A stretch of 64,000 nucleotides of DNA, from assembly GCA_039028615.1 (NCBI GenBank), contig JBCCHT010000025.1, positions 1 through 64,000 on the forward strand, given 5' to 3'. The stretch comes from Myxococcota bacterium. GTDB lineage: Bacteria > Myxococcota_A > Polyangia > Nannocystales > Nannocystaceae. This document shows positions 30,291-42,227 of this stretch, in pieces. Position numbers and translations under genes: made by a program. Below the pieces are notes generated by a model, which saw nothing but the letters and a program-made list of their open reading frames with translations, was not told where the DNA came from and searched no databases. Position 1 is the first letter of the stretch, and each line of letters opens with the position of its first letter.

Positions 30291-32900
30291 ATGTCCGCGA
30301 CACCACGAGACAAGATCAGTGTCGAGCGCCTGCTCCAACGAAGCCCATTTCCGGTCGACGAGGAGGGCATCGAGGCCGTACGCCAGCGCCTATTCGAACG
30401 AGCCAAGCGCCTGGCTCCACCCAACTATGAGGTTCACGAAGAAATCGGACACGGCCAATACGGCCGCGTGTTTCGTGCCACCGACACGAATTTCCCCAGA
30501 CAGGTCGCCCTGAAGGTCATCCCTTATCGCGGCGAACGAGCCCTATCGCGGCTCGAGCGCGAGGCCCAAGCCCTCGCGAACCTGGACCACCCCAATATCG
30601 TCAAGGTCTTCGAAAAAGGCATCGCCGACGCGGGTCGCTATTTCCTCGCCATGGAGCTGGTGGACGGCGTTCGCCTGGACCACTGGGTGCGGGATTCACC
30701 GCGCTCGTGGAAGGAGATCGTGGAGATCTATGCCCAGGCGGCGGACGCACTGCATCACGTGCATCAACGGGACATGATCCACCGCGACTTCAAGCCGTCC
30801 AATGCGATGGTCGGCAAGGACTCGCGGCTTCGGCTCCTGGACTTCGGCCTCGTCAAGATGACGCCGAGCGGCGAGCACCCCCGGCCGGCCGACGAAGATG
30901 ACGACGTGGTGCCGATGTCCGACGTGGAGGACTCGGGCTCGGGCGGCCTGGAGCCGATCCCATCGTGGTCGAAGAGCCAGGGCGAAGCGCCGACCCAGAG
31001 CCATGGGGCCGACAACTTCGACGATCTCACCCGCTCCGGGCACATCGTCGGCACCTTGGCCTATGCCTCACCCGAACAACTACAGGGCAAGGCGATCGGG
31101 CCCCATAGCGATCAATTCAGCCTCTGCGTCGCCCTATTCGACGCCGTCCACGGTCAACGACCCTTCACGGGCCGAACCGTGATGGAGCTGCTCGATCAGA
31201 TCGCCACGGGAAACATCGCCCGCGGCTCCAAAAAACGACGGGTCCCCCGTGGGCTCCGCAAGGTCATCCGCCGTGGACTCGCCGACAAGCCCGAAGATCG
31301 CTACGACAACCTCGCCGAGCTCTCGACCGCGCTACGACGCTTCCTGCGACCTCGGTTCGGCCCCTGGACGGCCATGCTGGTCGGCGTCGGTCTGACCACC
31401 GCGGTCGGTGGCGGCCTCTATCAGCTGAACAAGCGGCCGCCTCTGTCTCTGCATTGGGATGGGGCCTGGCCCGAACGAGTCGAGCGCGCCGACGTCGAGT
31501 CTCGCTACGGCCCCGAGCTGCTGGCGCGGCTCGATGCCTACGCGGACGCCTGGAAGAGCGCCCGGGATTCCTACGCCGAACGTTCGAAGCGCGACGACGA
31601 CGGCCCTCAGGTGCAGTGTCTCGCCGAGGGCCGCGAACAGTTCACGCGATTCGCCACGGCCTTGGGCAAGGGTGCGGCATCCTCCGACCCGGTGGGCCCT
31701 TCGTTCACCGCCCAGCGCATCGTATTGGCCGACCTGTTCGATCCTTCGGACTGCATCAGCGCCACGCCCCCGCAGGAGCAAGACCAGAGCATCGCCCTAC
31801 GACTCATCGACGCCCAGATCGCACGCCTCGAGAACGACTACGCCCAGGCTCGGAAGATTCTCGACGAACTCGATGAAGACCCCACCATGGGGCACGTAGA
31901 CCTGCGCGCGGGACTGTTCCACTACGAACGGGCCATGGTCCAATTCCACGATCGCGAGGAAGAGGCCTGGTACACGCTGCTGGACGCGCAGACCAGCAAC
32001 GACGGCGATCTACGCTTCGTCATCGACGCGATGATCGCCCGGCTGCAGGTCGGAGTCGTATTACGTTCCGTCACCCCGAAAGAAATCGAGGCTCTCTCGA
32101 CACAGATAGAGCGAAAGGTCGCTGCCCTCGAAGGCGACCCGGACAACGCGGCCGTGGCCACGGGACTCGCTCCGTGGTTGAAGCTCGCCCATGCCTACAG
32201 CTCGTCCCGTTCGGGGCGGGACGACGAGGCCGCAGCCCTGTTCGCCGCAGCACGAACCGCGTTCGACCGCCTGCCCCCCAGCCCCCTGCGCAACGCGATG
32301 ACGGCCCACTGCATTTTGAATGAAGCCTACGCGCGCGCGAGTCATGAACTCAGAGTGGAACTCGACCCTGCGCCGCTGTTCGACGCCGTCGAGAGCTTTG
32401 GTGAAGTGTACGGATGGCGACATCGACACACCCTTCGTCACATGACGAAAGCTGCCCGCGTCGTAGGTGAGGGAGGCAAGGCTAAAGAAGCGTACGAGTG
32501 GCTCGCACCGCAGCTGAAGACCTTCGAGTCCGCCGACGAGTTCGATCGGATGTGGTTGCGTGCCGACATCCTCACCCTCGATCTCCGGCGCCACCTCCAG
32601 CGAGAGATGAAGCGGACGACCGAAAAGACCGACGAATGGCGCCGCGAAGTGTCACAGATCCTCGAATGGCTGGACGACACCCCAGTCGGGCCCGGACGAC
32701 ACGAAGACGCGTTTCACATTCGGGGCACGCTCGCCAGCATCCAACTGTTCCTCGGTGACACGAACGCCGCACGCCACAACGTGATGCAGATGGACGGGCT
32801 CGCCGCGACTCCAAGGGAGGACGCCATCGTCGACTCCCTCATGAAAAGTCTGCCGACCGAGGCGGACGATAAAAAAATCGAGAAGAACCAGCCTCTGTGA
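30291..32900 (+). CDS. Ser/Thr protein kinase with TM segment and helical (TPR-like) C-terminus
   Basis: GHGQYG, VALK, HRDFKPSN, DFG, SPEQ, DQFS. Confidence 0.93.
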   Translation: MSATPRDKISVERLLQRSPFPVDEEGIEAVRQRLFERAKRLAPPNYEVHEEIGHGQYGRVFRATDTNFPRQVALKVIPYRGERALSRLEREAQALANLDHPNIVKVFEKGIADAGRYFLAMELVDGVRLDHWVRDSPRSWKEIVEIYAQAADALHHVHQRDMIHRDFKPSNAMVGKDSRLRLLDFGLVKMTPSGEHPRPADEDDDVVPMSDVEDSGSGGLEPIPSWSKSQGEAPTQSHGADNFDDLTRSGHIVGTLAYASPEQLQGKAIGPHSDQFSLCVALFDAVHGQRPFTGRTVMELLDQIATGNIARGSKKRRVPRGLRKVIRRGLADKPEDRYDNLAELSTALRRFLRPRFGPWTAMLVGVGLTTAVGGGLYQLNKRPPLSLHWDGAWPERVERADVESRYGPELLARLDAYADAWKSARDSYAERSKRDDDGPQVQCLAEGREQFTRFATALGKGAASSDPVGPSFTAQRIVLADLFDPSDCISATPPQEQDQSIALRLIDAQIARLENDYAQARKILDELDEDPTMGHVDLRAGLFHYERAMVQFHDREEEAWYTLLDAQTSNDGDLRFVIDAMIARLQVGVVLRSVTPKEIEALSTQIERKVAALEGDPDNAAVATGLAPWLKLAHAYSSSRSGRDDEAAALFAAARTAFDRLPPSPLRNAMTAHCILNEAYARASHELRVELDPAPLFDAVESFGEVYGWRHRHTLRHMTKAARVVGEGGKAKEAYEWLAPQLKTFESADEFDRMWLRADILTLDLRRHLQREMKRTTEKTDEWRREVSQILEWLDDTPVGPGRHEDAFHIRGTLASIQLFLGDTNAARHNVMQMDGLAATPREDAIVDSLMKSLPTEADDKKIEKNQPL

Positions 32901-32993
32901 AAATTCTGACCAGCCCTTCCGCACTTTGTGGTTGACAGGACGGTTACCCCGAAAGCCGGCCCATCTTCACCCCCACCGCAAAGGTTCACCCCA

Positions 32994-33518
32994 ATGCCCT
33001 CGTCCACCTCACTCGACTTCCTGATCAAGCTTCTCCCCGGCGACGACAATCCCCTCCCCAACGGCGGCACACTCGAAATGACGCCGACGTGGGCTGGCGA
33101 CCAACGTGCACCGATCAGCATTCCGCCCAACACCGAGCTGATCCAAGCCCCTCGCTACACGCTCCCGGCGGCGGGCCAGAGCGTCAACTACAAGCTGCGG
33201 TCCAGCGGGCTGCGTGTCTTCGAGTTCCAACCCGTAGTCTCTTGCGACGACGGAGTGAACGTCCTCGTCAGTTTCGAGACCCGTGGCGTGCCTCCCAATA
33301 GCCCCGCCGAAGTCCTCTCCGCCGTCAGTAACTTCGACTGGAAGGTCGTATACGCCGCCATCTTGGAAGACGACAAGATCGTGGTCACGCTGGTGCTCCA
33401 CCAAGTCTTGAAAAGCACATCGGATGTTCATCCACATAACCCCTTCGTCCGCGTGCCCTTCGTCGGAACGACCCAACCGGAGGATCAGATCATCGTCATT
33501 CCGACCCCACCGGAGTGA
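32994..33518 (+). CDS. Orphan beta-rich protein, no signal peptide
   Basis: Clean ORF between the kinase and ECF genes with its own upstream motif. Confidence 0.65.
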   Translation: MPSSTSLDFLIKLLPGDDNPLPNGGTLEMTPTWAGDQRAPISIPPNTELIQAPRYTLPAAGQSVNYKLRSSGLRVFEFQPVVSCDDGVNVLVSFETRGVPPNSPAEVLSAVSNFDWKVVYAAILEDDKIVVTLVLHQVLKSTSDVHPHNPFVRVPFVGTTQPEDQIIVIPTPPE

Positions 33519-33632
33519 TCGACTCGCCGCCGAGCCCCACGCTCGGCGGCGGAGAGCGGTAACGTTGAGGGGGACGACGCGAGATGGGGGCTCGGCGCAA
33601 GCGCCACGAATGGGCCACACGAGGCAGCGCCG

Positions 33633-34487
33633 ATGGACAACGACGACGACGACGACTGGGAAGACAACAAGGCTCTGTACGCCCGCTATGCCGAGCGTCT
33701 CAACCGGCTCCTTCGCAACAAGGCCGCACCCAATGCCGTACGTGATCTGATGCACGACACGTTCATCCGCGTCTTCGAGGCGCGGGAGCGCGGGCCCATC
33801 CGAGACAAGCGCGGCAACCCCTATCGCAGCCCCTGGGCGTATATCTGCGGCGTCGCGCAGAACGTGCTCCGCGAGCACTGGCGGGCCAACTCCCGCTCCG
33901 ACAAGGTCGGCGACTACTCCGACCTGTCGGTGGCGGACATGACCCGAGGCATGTCCAGCCGCATGTCGCTCGAGGAACGCCGCGTGCTGATCCACGAGCT
34001 GCTGCGAGAGCTCCCCTTCTCACACCAGATGACGGTGGAGTGCCTGTACCTCAACGCGATGACCTACAAGGAGATCTCCGAGATGCTCGGCGTTCCCATC
34101 GGCACCGTCGCCACCTGGTGCCGACGCGGCCGCAAAGAACTCCGGCAGCGACTCGAGACCCACTTCGCCGGGCAGCCGATCCCCAAGGAGCTCATCGAAG
34201 ACACCGAGGCCCAGCGCCGCGCCCGGCTCAAGGAGTACGACTGGTACGACCCCGCGACGAGTGCGATCGACCTGGTCAAGCTGGCGCTGTCGGTCGTCAA
34301 CAACGACGCCAAGCCCTCGTGTAAATGCGGCGCCATCGGGGTCCCGCGGTGGTTGTCCTCGCTCGACCTCCCTACGACCTGGCCCGAGGCCACCACCTTC
34401 GACCTCTACCAGATTGCCCGCGCCACCTGGTACGCGTGGCGTGAAGCACAGTACCCCGCTCTCGAGTGCGTCTGCGACGACGACTGA
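33633..34487 (+). CDS. ECF sigma factor with C-terminal extension
   Basis: DLMHDTF, YICGVAQNV, LPFSHQ...TYKEISEMLGVPIGTVATWCRRGR; ~90-aa extension with CKC and CVC. Confidence 0.88.
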   Translation: MDNDDDDDWEDNKALYARYAERLNRLLRNKAAPNAVRDLMHDTFIRVFEARERGPIRDKRGNPYRSPWAYICGVAQNVLREHWRANSRSDKVGDYSDLSVADMTRGMSSRMSLEERRVLIHELLRELPFSHQMTVECLYLNAMTYKEISEMLGVPIGTVATWCRRGRKELRQRLETHFAGQPIPKELIEDTEAQRRARLKEYDWYDPATSAIDLVKLALSVVNNDAKPSCKCGAIGVPRWLSSLDLPTTWPEATTFDLYQIARATWYAWREAQYPALECVCDDD

Positions 34488-34819
34488 AGACCGCCGCAAT
34501 CCCCCACCGAGCCACCGAGCCCGCCTTCCTCCCCACCGAGGTCGGCGGGCTCGTTCGTTGGTTCGATCCCCCTCGACGTAAGAACGCCGCAGCTTGGTGA
34601 CAAAGGGACTCTCGAGCACAGGGCACGACGACATCGAGCCCGACGCCGAAGGGGAATTTCACCTCACCTGCACTTTCACCCGTGGGTTCGACACATTGAC
34701 GCACGCTACCAACAAACGCACAAAATTCGGCTGTCTCTGAAAAAACGAGCCCTACTTCGCGCACTCGATCAGTGAGCCTCGCAGCTCAGCCCCCCACGAA
34801 GAACTCGAACAGAGGCAAC

Positions 34820-35356
34820 ATGTCATCCACCAACCTCGAACTCGTATGCAAAGCCACTCTCGGCTCCCTCATCACCATTCATCGTCCTTCGGCAGATTCG
34901 GACAACACCTCTCTGTCGTGGATCACTCTGGACGAGGAGCTCAATGTCGTCCTGAGAACCGACGATGACTATAACTTGCGACTGCGCATTGCCGCCGAAG
35001 ACGGCGCGGGAGACCCTATCAGCAATCCCGCGTGGGTCGTGAAGGCCTATACCTCGACCAACGGAACGGCATGGACTCCTCTGGTCGACCGTGACTCGCA
35101 CTCGGCCCACTTCCTCACCGACCATCATCTGGTCGACATGGACACCCGGATTTATCGATTCACGGTGACCATCCCCGGCAGCGGGCTCGAGGAGAGCTTC
35201 GATATCACGGTGCATCGCCACGACCCCAACGCGGCCCCGGACGACGACGATGTGATCTTCGTCCCCGAGGACGACTTCGGACCCACCGTCGGCAACGGCA
35301 ACGGGAACACCGCCCCCGAGCCGCTCACGGCGGGAGACCTCGCCGACCCCGTCTGA
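34820..35356 (+). CDS. Orphan acidic beta-rich protein
   Basis: AGAGG RBS, strong downstream terminator. Confidence 0.7.
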   Translation: MSSTNLELVCKATLGSLITIHRPSADSDNTSLSWITLDEELNVVLRTDDDYNLRLRIAAEDGAGDPISNPAWVVKAYTSTNGTAWTPLVDRDSHSAHFLTDHHLVDMDTRIYRFTVTIPGSGLEESFDITVHRHDPNAAPDDDDVIFVPEDDFGPTVGNGNGNTAPEPLTAGDLADPV

Positions 35357-35371
35357 CGGCACGGCAGTCGG

Positions 35372-35412
35372 GGCAGCGCCTCGTCTCTTCGGAGGCGGGG
35401 CGCTGCCTTTTT
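35372..35412 (+). terminator. Intrinsic terminator
   Basis: ggcagcgcctcgtctc-ttcg-gaggcggggcgctgcc followed by ttttt. Confidence 0.9.
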
Positions 35413-35535
35413 CGTGCGTTCCTTCGCTGTTTGTCGATGAGTGTCTCGTTCAAGCCAGGGGATACCTTTACCCTCTGCGACTCGGCCACGGCCCGCTCCC
35501 CCTCCACGGGGTTTTTGTCTATCCTCGCCCTGCCC

Positions 35536-36156
35536 ATGAACGAGCGGGATTTCTTCGAGGACAACGTGGGTCGAGTTCTCCGGTACTTCGCCAACAAGGT
35601 GCGAATCCCCGCGGACACCAACGATCTCGTCCAGGAGACCTTCTTGCGACTCTTCGCCCGGGTCAAGAGGGGCGACATCGACATCGAGAACCCGGCCACG
35701 TTCTTGTTGGGAATTGCACACTTTGTGCTCATGGAATATTGGAAGACCAAGGGTCGAAACCTCGAAGATCCATGGTCGGGCAATGAGTCGGTCATCCAGA
35801 TGGGTGGTGCCGAGACTTCTTTGTCATCCGTGATCATGAGAAAGCAAGTCCGCGGTCGGGTCCTCGACGCGATGAGGCACCTCAGCCTCAACTATCAAAA
35901 CGTGCTCGAGCTCCGGTACTGGCACCAGCTCACCTACGGCGAGATCGGCACGATCCTCGATCAGAACGTCAGCACGGTCGGGGTATGGCTTCGACGGGCC
36001 AAAAAGGATCTGGGCAAGCTCCTCGAAGAACTCCCCATCAGCGATGATGCCGCCCCCTTCGAGCCTCACCTGCTCGAGGACTGGCTCAACGAGTCCGGGG
36101 AACTCGACACCAAATCGGGCAAACCGAGCGAATCAGGCGAATCCGACGACGAATAG
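35536..36156 (+). CDS. ECF sigma factor
   Basis: DLVQETF, FLLGIAH, VLELRYW..LTYGEIG.IL......V.VWLRRAK. Confidence 0.9.
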   Translation: MNERDFFEDNVGRVLRYFANKVRIPADTNDLVQETFLRLFARVKRGDIDIENPATFLLGIAHFVLMEYWKTKGRNLEDPWSGNESVIQMGGAETSLSSVIMRKQVRGRVLDAMRHLSLNYQNVLELRYWHQLTYGEIGTILDQNVSTVGVWLRRAKKDLGKLLEELPISDDAAPFEPHLLEDWLNESGELDTKSGKPSESGESDDE

Positions 36157-36391
36157 CGAGGGCGGCCACCGGGCCGTTCTCTCGCCGAGCGGCGACGCGC
36201 AATAATGCGCCTTCAACTTTCTTCGACGAACTATTTTCCCGCCGTGAAATAATTCGAAGGCACCCGTCACCTACATGGAGTAGCCCTACTAGCGAAATCC
36301 GAATACGTCGCTCCCGATCTTCATCCTGATATTGCGGTATTTTTCATCCGTATCCAGACGCCAACACCCAACGCTCGAAACTCCGAGTTTG

Positions 36392-39031
<2,640 letters not shown>

Positions 39032-39178
39032 GCCCGGGCACGCCCTCGCGCTCCCGACCTCGCGGCCTCGCACCGTCCGACAACTAAATTCGACGTCCCC
39101 GAAATTCGGTGGTCCCTCGCCTCACTGACAGTTGAGGCCCCGGTAGACGGGCGCGGGGCCAAAGCTCGATGGAGCTCG

Positions 39179-40117
39179 TTGAATCTCGCCCCGCACGAAA
39201 GGCAAGAGGACGTGCCGACGACGAATCCCAGTCCCGAGGACCTGGACCCGCAGACCCTCGAGCGCGCACTCGAGGGTGACCCGCCCTCGGTGCAGGCCAC
39301 CTTGATCGCAATCGAAGAAGCGATCACCGACGCATGGAAGCACCCGTCGACGAACTCGGACTCGGCCCCGCCTGCGCCCGGACTCATCGACTCGGCCATG
39401 GCGTTCTCCCTCGCGAACGCGGAGAGCCTGTTCCGTCGCTGGAGCCCTCCCGAGGACGGTCGCTTTCATGACTACTGGGCATCGTTGGTCCGAGTCCACC
39501 TCGAGACGAGCACGCCTGCGCAAGACTCGTCGTTCGACTCCTGGACCTCGCGCCATGTCGAGTGGGCTCTCGACGGAGGTGGCTACCTCGGTCGGGTGCT
39601 CGGAGACTTGATCGTGCGGACGACGAGGAAGGTCGCGACCGGGATCTGTGGTCGCCGGCTCGGCCCTCACTTGTCCTTGTCGCGGGAAGACATCCACCAC
39701 GACACGATTCGCAAGATCTACGAGTTCCCCGGCGCCTCCGTCCGCGGGCTCAGCCGCGACCGCCGAGGGCACGCGCTCCGCCTGTGGGACCCGAGCCGCA
39801 ACCGCCTCCCAGCGTATATCGGCATCGTCGCTCGGCATCACATCTGGGCGATGCTGCGGCGCGACCGAATGCGCCCGGGGCAACCGATCTGTGAGACGAA
39901 GTGGCCCGAGCTCGCGACATCGAGCGGCTTCTATGGCCGGGCGATGAAGTGCCTCCATATCGAGCAGACGATGACCACCATGAGCGCTCGCGATCGGGCC
40001 ATCGTGCGAGAGAAGATCCTCGGCACGCCCTCCTGTCAGATCGCGAAGAAGCTCGAGATGAGCCGAGCGAACGTCGACGTCCGCTGGTACCGGTTCCGCA
40101 AGAACCTCGACCATTGA
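39179..40117 (+). CDS. Divergent ECF-sigma-like protein
   Basis: EDIHHDT, LRLWDPSR..L.AYI..VAR, MSARDRAI, IAKKLEMS.ANVDV...R (sigma region 4 HTH); start uncertain. Confidence 0.7.
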   Translation: MNLAPHERQEDVPTTNPSPEDLDPQTLERALEGDPPSVQATLIAIEEAITDAWKHPSTNSDSAPPAPGLIDSAMAFSLANAESLFRRWSPPEDGRFHDYWASLVRVHLETSTPAQDSSFDSWTSRHVEWALDGGGYLGRVLGDLIVRTTRKVATGICGRRLGPHLSLSREDIHHDTIRKIYEFPGASVRGLSRDRRGHALRLWDPSRNRLPAYIGIVARHHIWAMLRRDRMRPGQPICETKWPELATSSGFYGRAMKCLHIEQTMTTMSARDRAIVREKILGTPSCQIAKKLEMSRANVDVRWYRFRKNLDH

Positions 40118-40135
40118 GCGCGGCGGGTCCTCGAT

Positions 40136-40624
40136 TCACTCCGGGCTCGGCGAGTCGTCGTGCAGCTCCGCGTGCAAGGCTTCGTGCATCGCCTCCGGCA
40201 GACAATGCCAGTCCGTCAGCGCCGCCCGCACCTCCTCGGCGAGCAACCGGGCCGCGTCGGGGGTCTTCGCCTCGGGGATCTGCAGCAGGGTCGACCAGAT
40301 CTTCCCCGTCGTCGGCTCGGCGAGCGGCGGCAGCACGGACTTGGCCTCGTCGAGCTCCGCGAGGGCCCGCTTCGCCTGGTCATGTTCGAAGTAGTACGCC
40401 GCCGCATGCATGCGGCGCACGAGCTCATCCGAGGGACACGCGCCCATCGGCGGCTCTTCGATGTCCTCCGCCACGTCCTCACGGGCAACCTTCCGCGGCC
40501 GCGCGTCGTGGTCGGCCGAGCCCGGGCACGACAGGCCGAGGCAACCGTTCGGCGCGGCCACGAGGGCGACGACCAAGGGCAGGGCTCGCGACACGCAGGG
40601 AGTCTCGCAGAGCGGTGGCGACAC
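40136..40624 (-). CDS. Hypothetical exported or lipoprotein
   Basis: Hydrophobic N-terminus with Cys, helical remainder; follows the activator gene. Confidence 0.55.
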   Translation of the reverse strand: MSPPLCETPCVSRALPLVVALVAAPNGCLGLSCPGSADHDARPRKVAREDVAEDIEEPPMGACPSDELVRRMHAAAYYFEHDQAKRALAELDEAKSVLPPLAEPTTGKIWSTLLQIPEAKTPDAARLLAEEVRAALTDWHCLPEAMHEALHAELHDDSPSPE

Positions 40625-40638
40625 CGCCAGGCCAGGCT

Positions 40639-42105
40639 TCAGCGCAGGCCGAAGCGCGCGAGCTTGCGCTTGAGGGTGTTGCGATCGATCGCCAAGGCCC
40701 GCGCAGCCCCCGAGAGGGTTCCTTCTCGCTCCAGCGCCTCGGAGACCATACGCCGCTCGAGCTCGGCGGTGGCCTCGGCGAGGGTGAGCTGCGGGGCTTT
40801 GCTCGACGGGTCTTCAGCTCGACTCACCGGGGGCGCGGCGAGGCCCTGGAGCTCGGGGGACAGGTCGGCCACTTCGACGCGCTCGTCACAAAAGACGGTC
40901 CAGCGGACGACTTCGGCCCGCAGCTGTCGCACGTTGCCGGGCCACACGTAGCGATGCAGGCAGCGCCACGCGGCGGCGTTGGGCCAGGGCCGCGGACCGT
41001 CGACCTGATCGAGGAAGTGAGCGACGAGCGACTCGAGATCACCAGGCCGGTCCCGGAGCGGAGGAATGCGAACGGTGGCGCCCGAGAGCCGATAGTAGAG
41101 GTCTTCGCGGAACTCCCCCTCCGCCACGCGCTGACGAAGGTCACGATTGGTGGCGGCGATGACCCGCACGTCGACACGCAGGGGTGACTCCGCCCCCACG
41201 CGCCGGAGCACGCCTTCCTGCAGCACCCGCAGCAACATGACCTGGACCTGGGAGGTCATCTCGCCGACCTCGTCCAGGAACAGGGTGCCGCCGTCGGCTT
41301 GCTCGAAGAGACCCCGTCGCCGCGAGTGGGCCCCGGTGAACGCCCCCTTCTCGTGCCCGAACAACTCGCTGGCGAGCACGCTGGGAGTAAAGGCGCCGCA
41401 GTTTTCCGCGACGAAGGGTCGATGGGCGCGGAGGCTGCCTTCGTGCACGGCCCGGGCGGCGAGTTCCTTGCCCGTGCCGGTCTCGCCTTCAATGAGCACG
41501 GGGACGTCACTGCGGGCGATCCGGGCGATGCGACGGGCGAGCTCGTTCATGGGCGGGCTGTCGCCGACCATGGGCGAGCGCTTGGCCGCGCGTAGCCGTC
41601 CGACCTCTTCGCGGAGAGCACGTATCTCGGGGAAGCCGTCGATGTCGAGCTCGACGACGCGCACGGGATGCGGGTGGACCGAGGGCACGAAGGCGGGCGG
41701 GATCACCTGCAGCATGCGTGCGGGCAACAACCCGGCCTCGACCATGATGACCCACAGCGTCTGCATCTGCGGGGTGCCAGCCGACAGACAGACGTCGAGC
41801 GGCAACGACGGCAGGCCATCGGTGACGCCATCGAGCGCGGCGAAGATCTTCCCGTGATCGGTGGGGTCGACGATCGGCAGGATGCGAAGGTCGGCGCGCT
41901 GTCCCGTGGCTTGGATCTCGGCCAGCAGCTCACGCGCCGCGGGCTCGCCGACGGGCGAGGTCAGCAGACGGATGCACTCGTACTCGACCTCGCTGTGCTG
42001 CAGCAGCCGACGCACGGGGCCGCGGTCCTGATCGCCATGCACGATGGTCGGCCGACCCCGCGCCGTGAGGGTGCGATCGGACCACGTCAGGAGGCATCTC
42101 GGCAT
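40639..42105 (-). CDS. Sigma54-dependent activator with N-terminal CARF/RtcR-like domain
   Basis: DPTDH..I, LSAGTPQM, PARMLQ (RtcR-type CARF); GETGTGKE, ELFGHEKGAFTGA, FLDEVG, WPGNVRQL, C-terminal Fis-type HTH. Confidence 0.88.
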   Translation of the reverse strand: MPRCLLTWSDRTLTARGRPTIVHGDQDRGPVRRLLQHSEVEYECIRLLTSPVGEPAARELLAEIQATGQRADLRILPIVDPTDHGKIFAALDGVTDGLPSLPLDVCLSAGTPQMQTLWVIMVEAGLLPARMLQVIPPAFVPSVHPHPVRVVELDIDGFPEIRALREEVGRLRAAKRSPMVGDSPPMNELARRIARIARSDVPVLIEGETGTGKELAARAVHEGSLRAHRPFVAENCGAFTPSVLASELFGHEKGAFTGAHSRRRGLFEQADGGTLFLDEVGEMTSQVQVMLLRVLQEGVLRRVGAESPLRVDVRVIAATNRDLRQRVAEGEFREDLYYRLSGATVRIPPLRDRPGDLESLVAHFLDQVDGPRPWPNAAAWRCLHRYVWPGNVRQLRAEVVRWTVFCDERVEVADLSPELQGLAAPPVSRAEDPSSKAPQLTLAEATAELERRMVSEALEREGTLSGAARALAIDRNTLKRKLARFGLR

Positions 42106-42167
42106 GGTGCACCGCGCACCATCAACGGTGCATCTCGCACCATACCAAGCTGGTGCACCGCTCACCA
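42105..42167. promoter_or_regulatory. Three palindromic upstream activator sites (YGGTGC-N5-KCACCA)
   Basis: tggtgcaccgcgcacca 42105-42121, cggtgcatctcgcacca 42126-42142, tggtgcaccgctcacca 42151-42167. Confidence 0.75.
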
Positions 42168-42196
42168 GATGAACCAAAAACCCAATGATTCTCGGT

Positions 42197-42212
42197 TGGC
42201 ACGGGTCCTGCT
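42197..42212 (+). promoter_or_regulatory. Sigma54 -24/-12 promoter
   Basis: TGGCACGggtcCTGCT, exact GG-N10-GC spacing, upstream of rtcB. Confidence 0.88.
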
Positions 42213-42227
42213 CAATGGGCTCGCATC

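Noticed and set aside
42105..42167. Triple repeat as a mini-CRISPR
   Set aside because: Spacers of only 4-8 nt and no cas genes; better explained as activator sites
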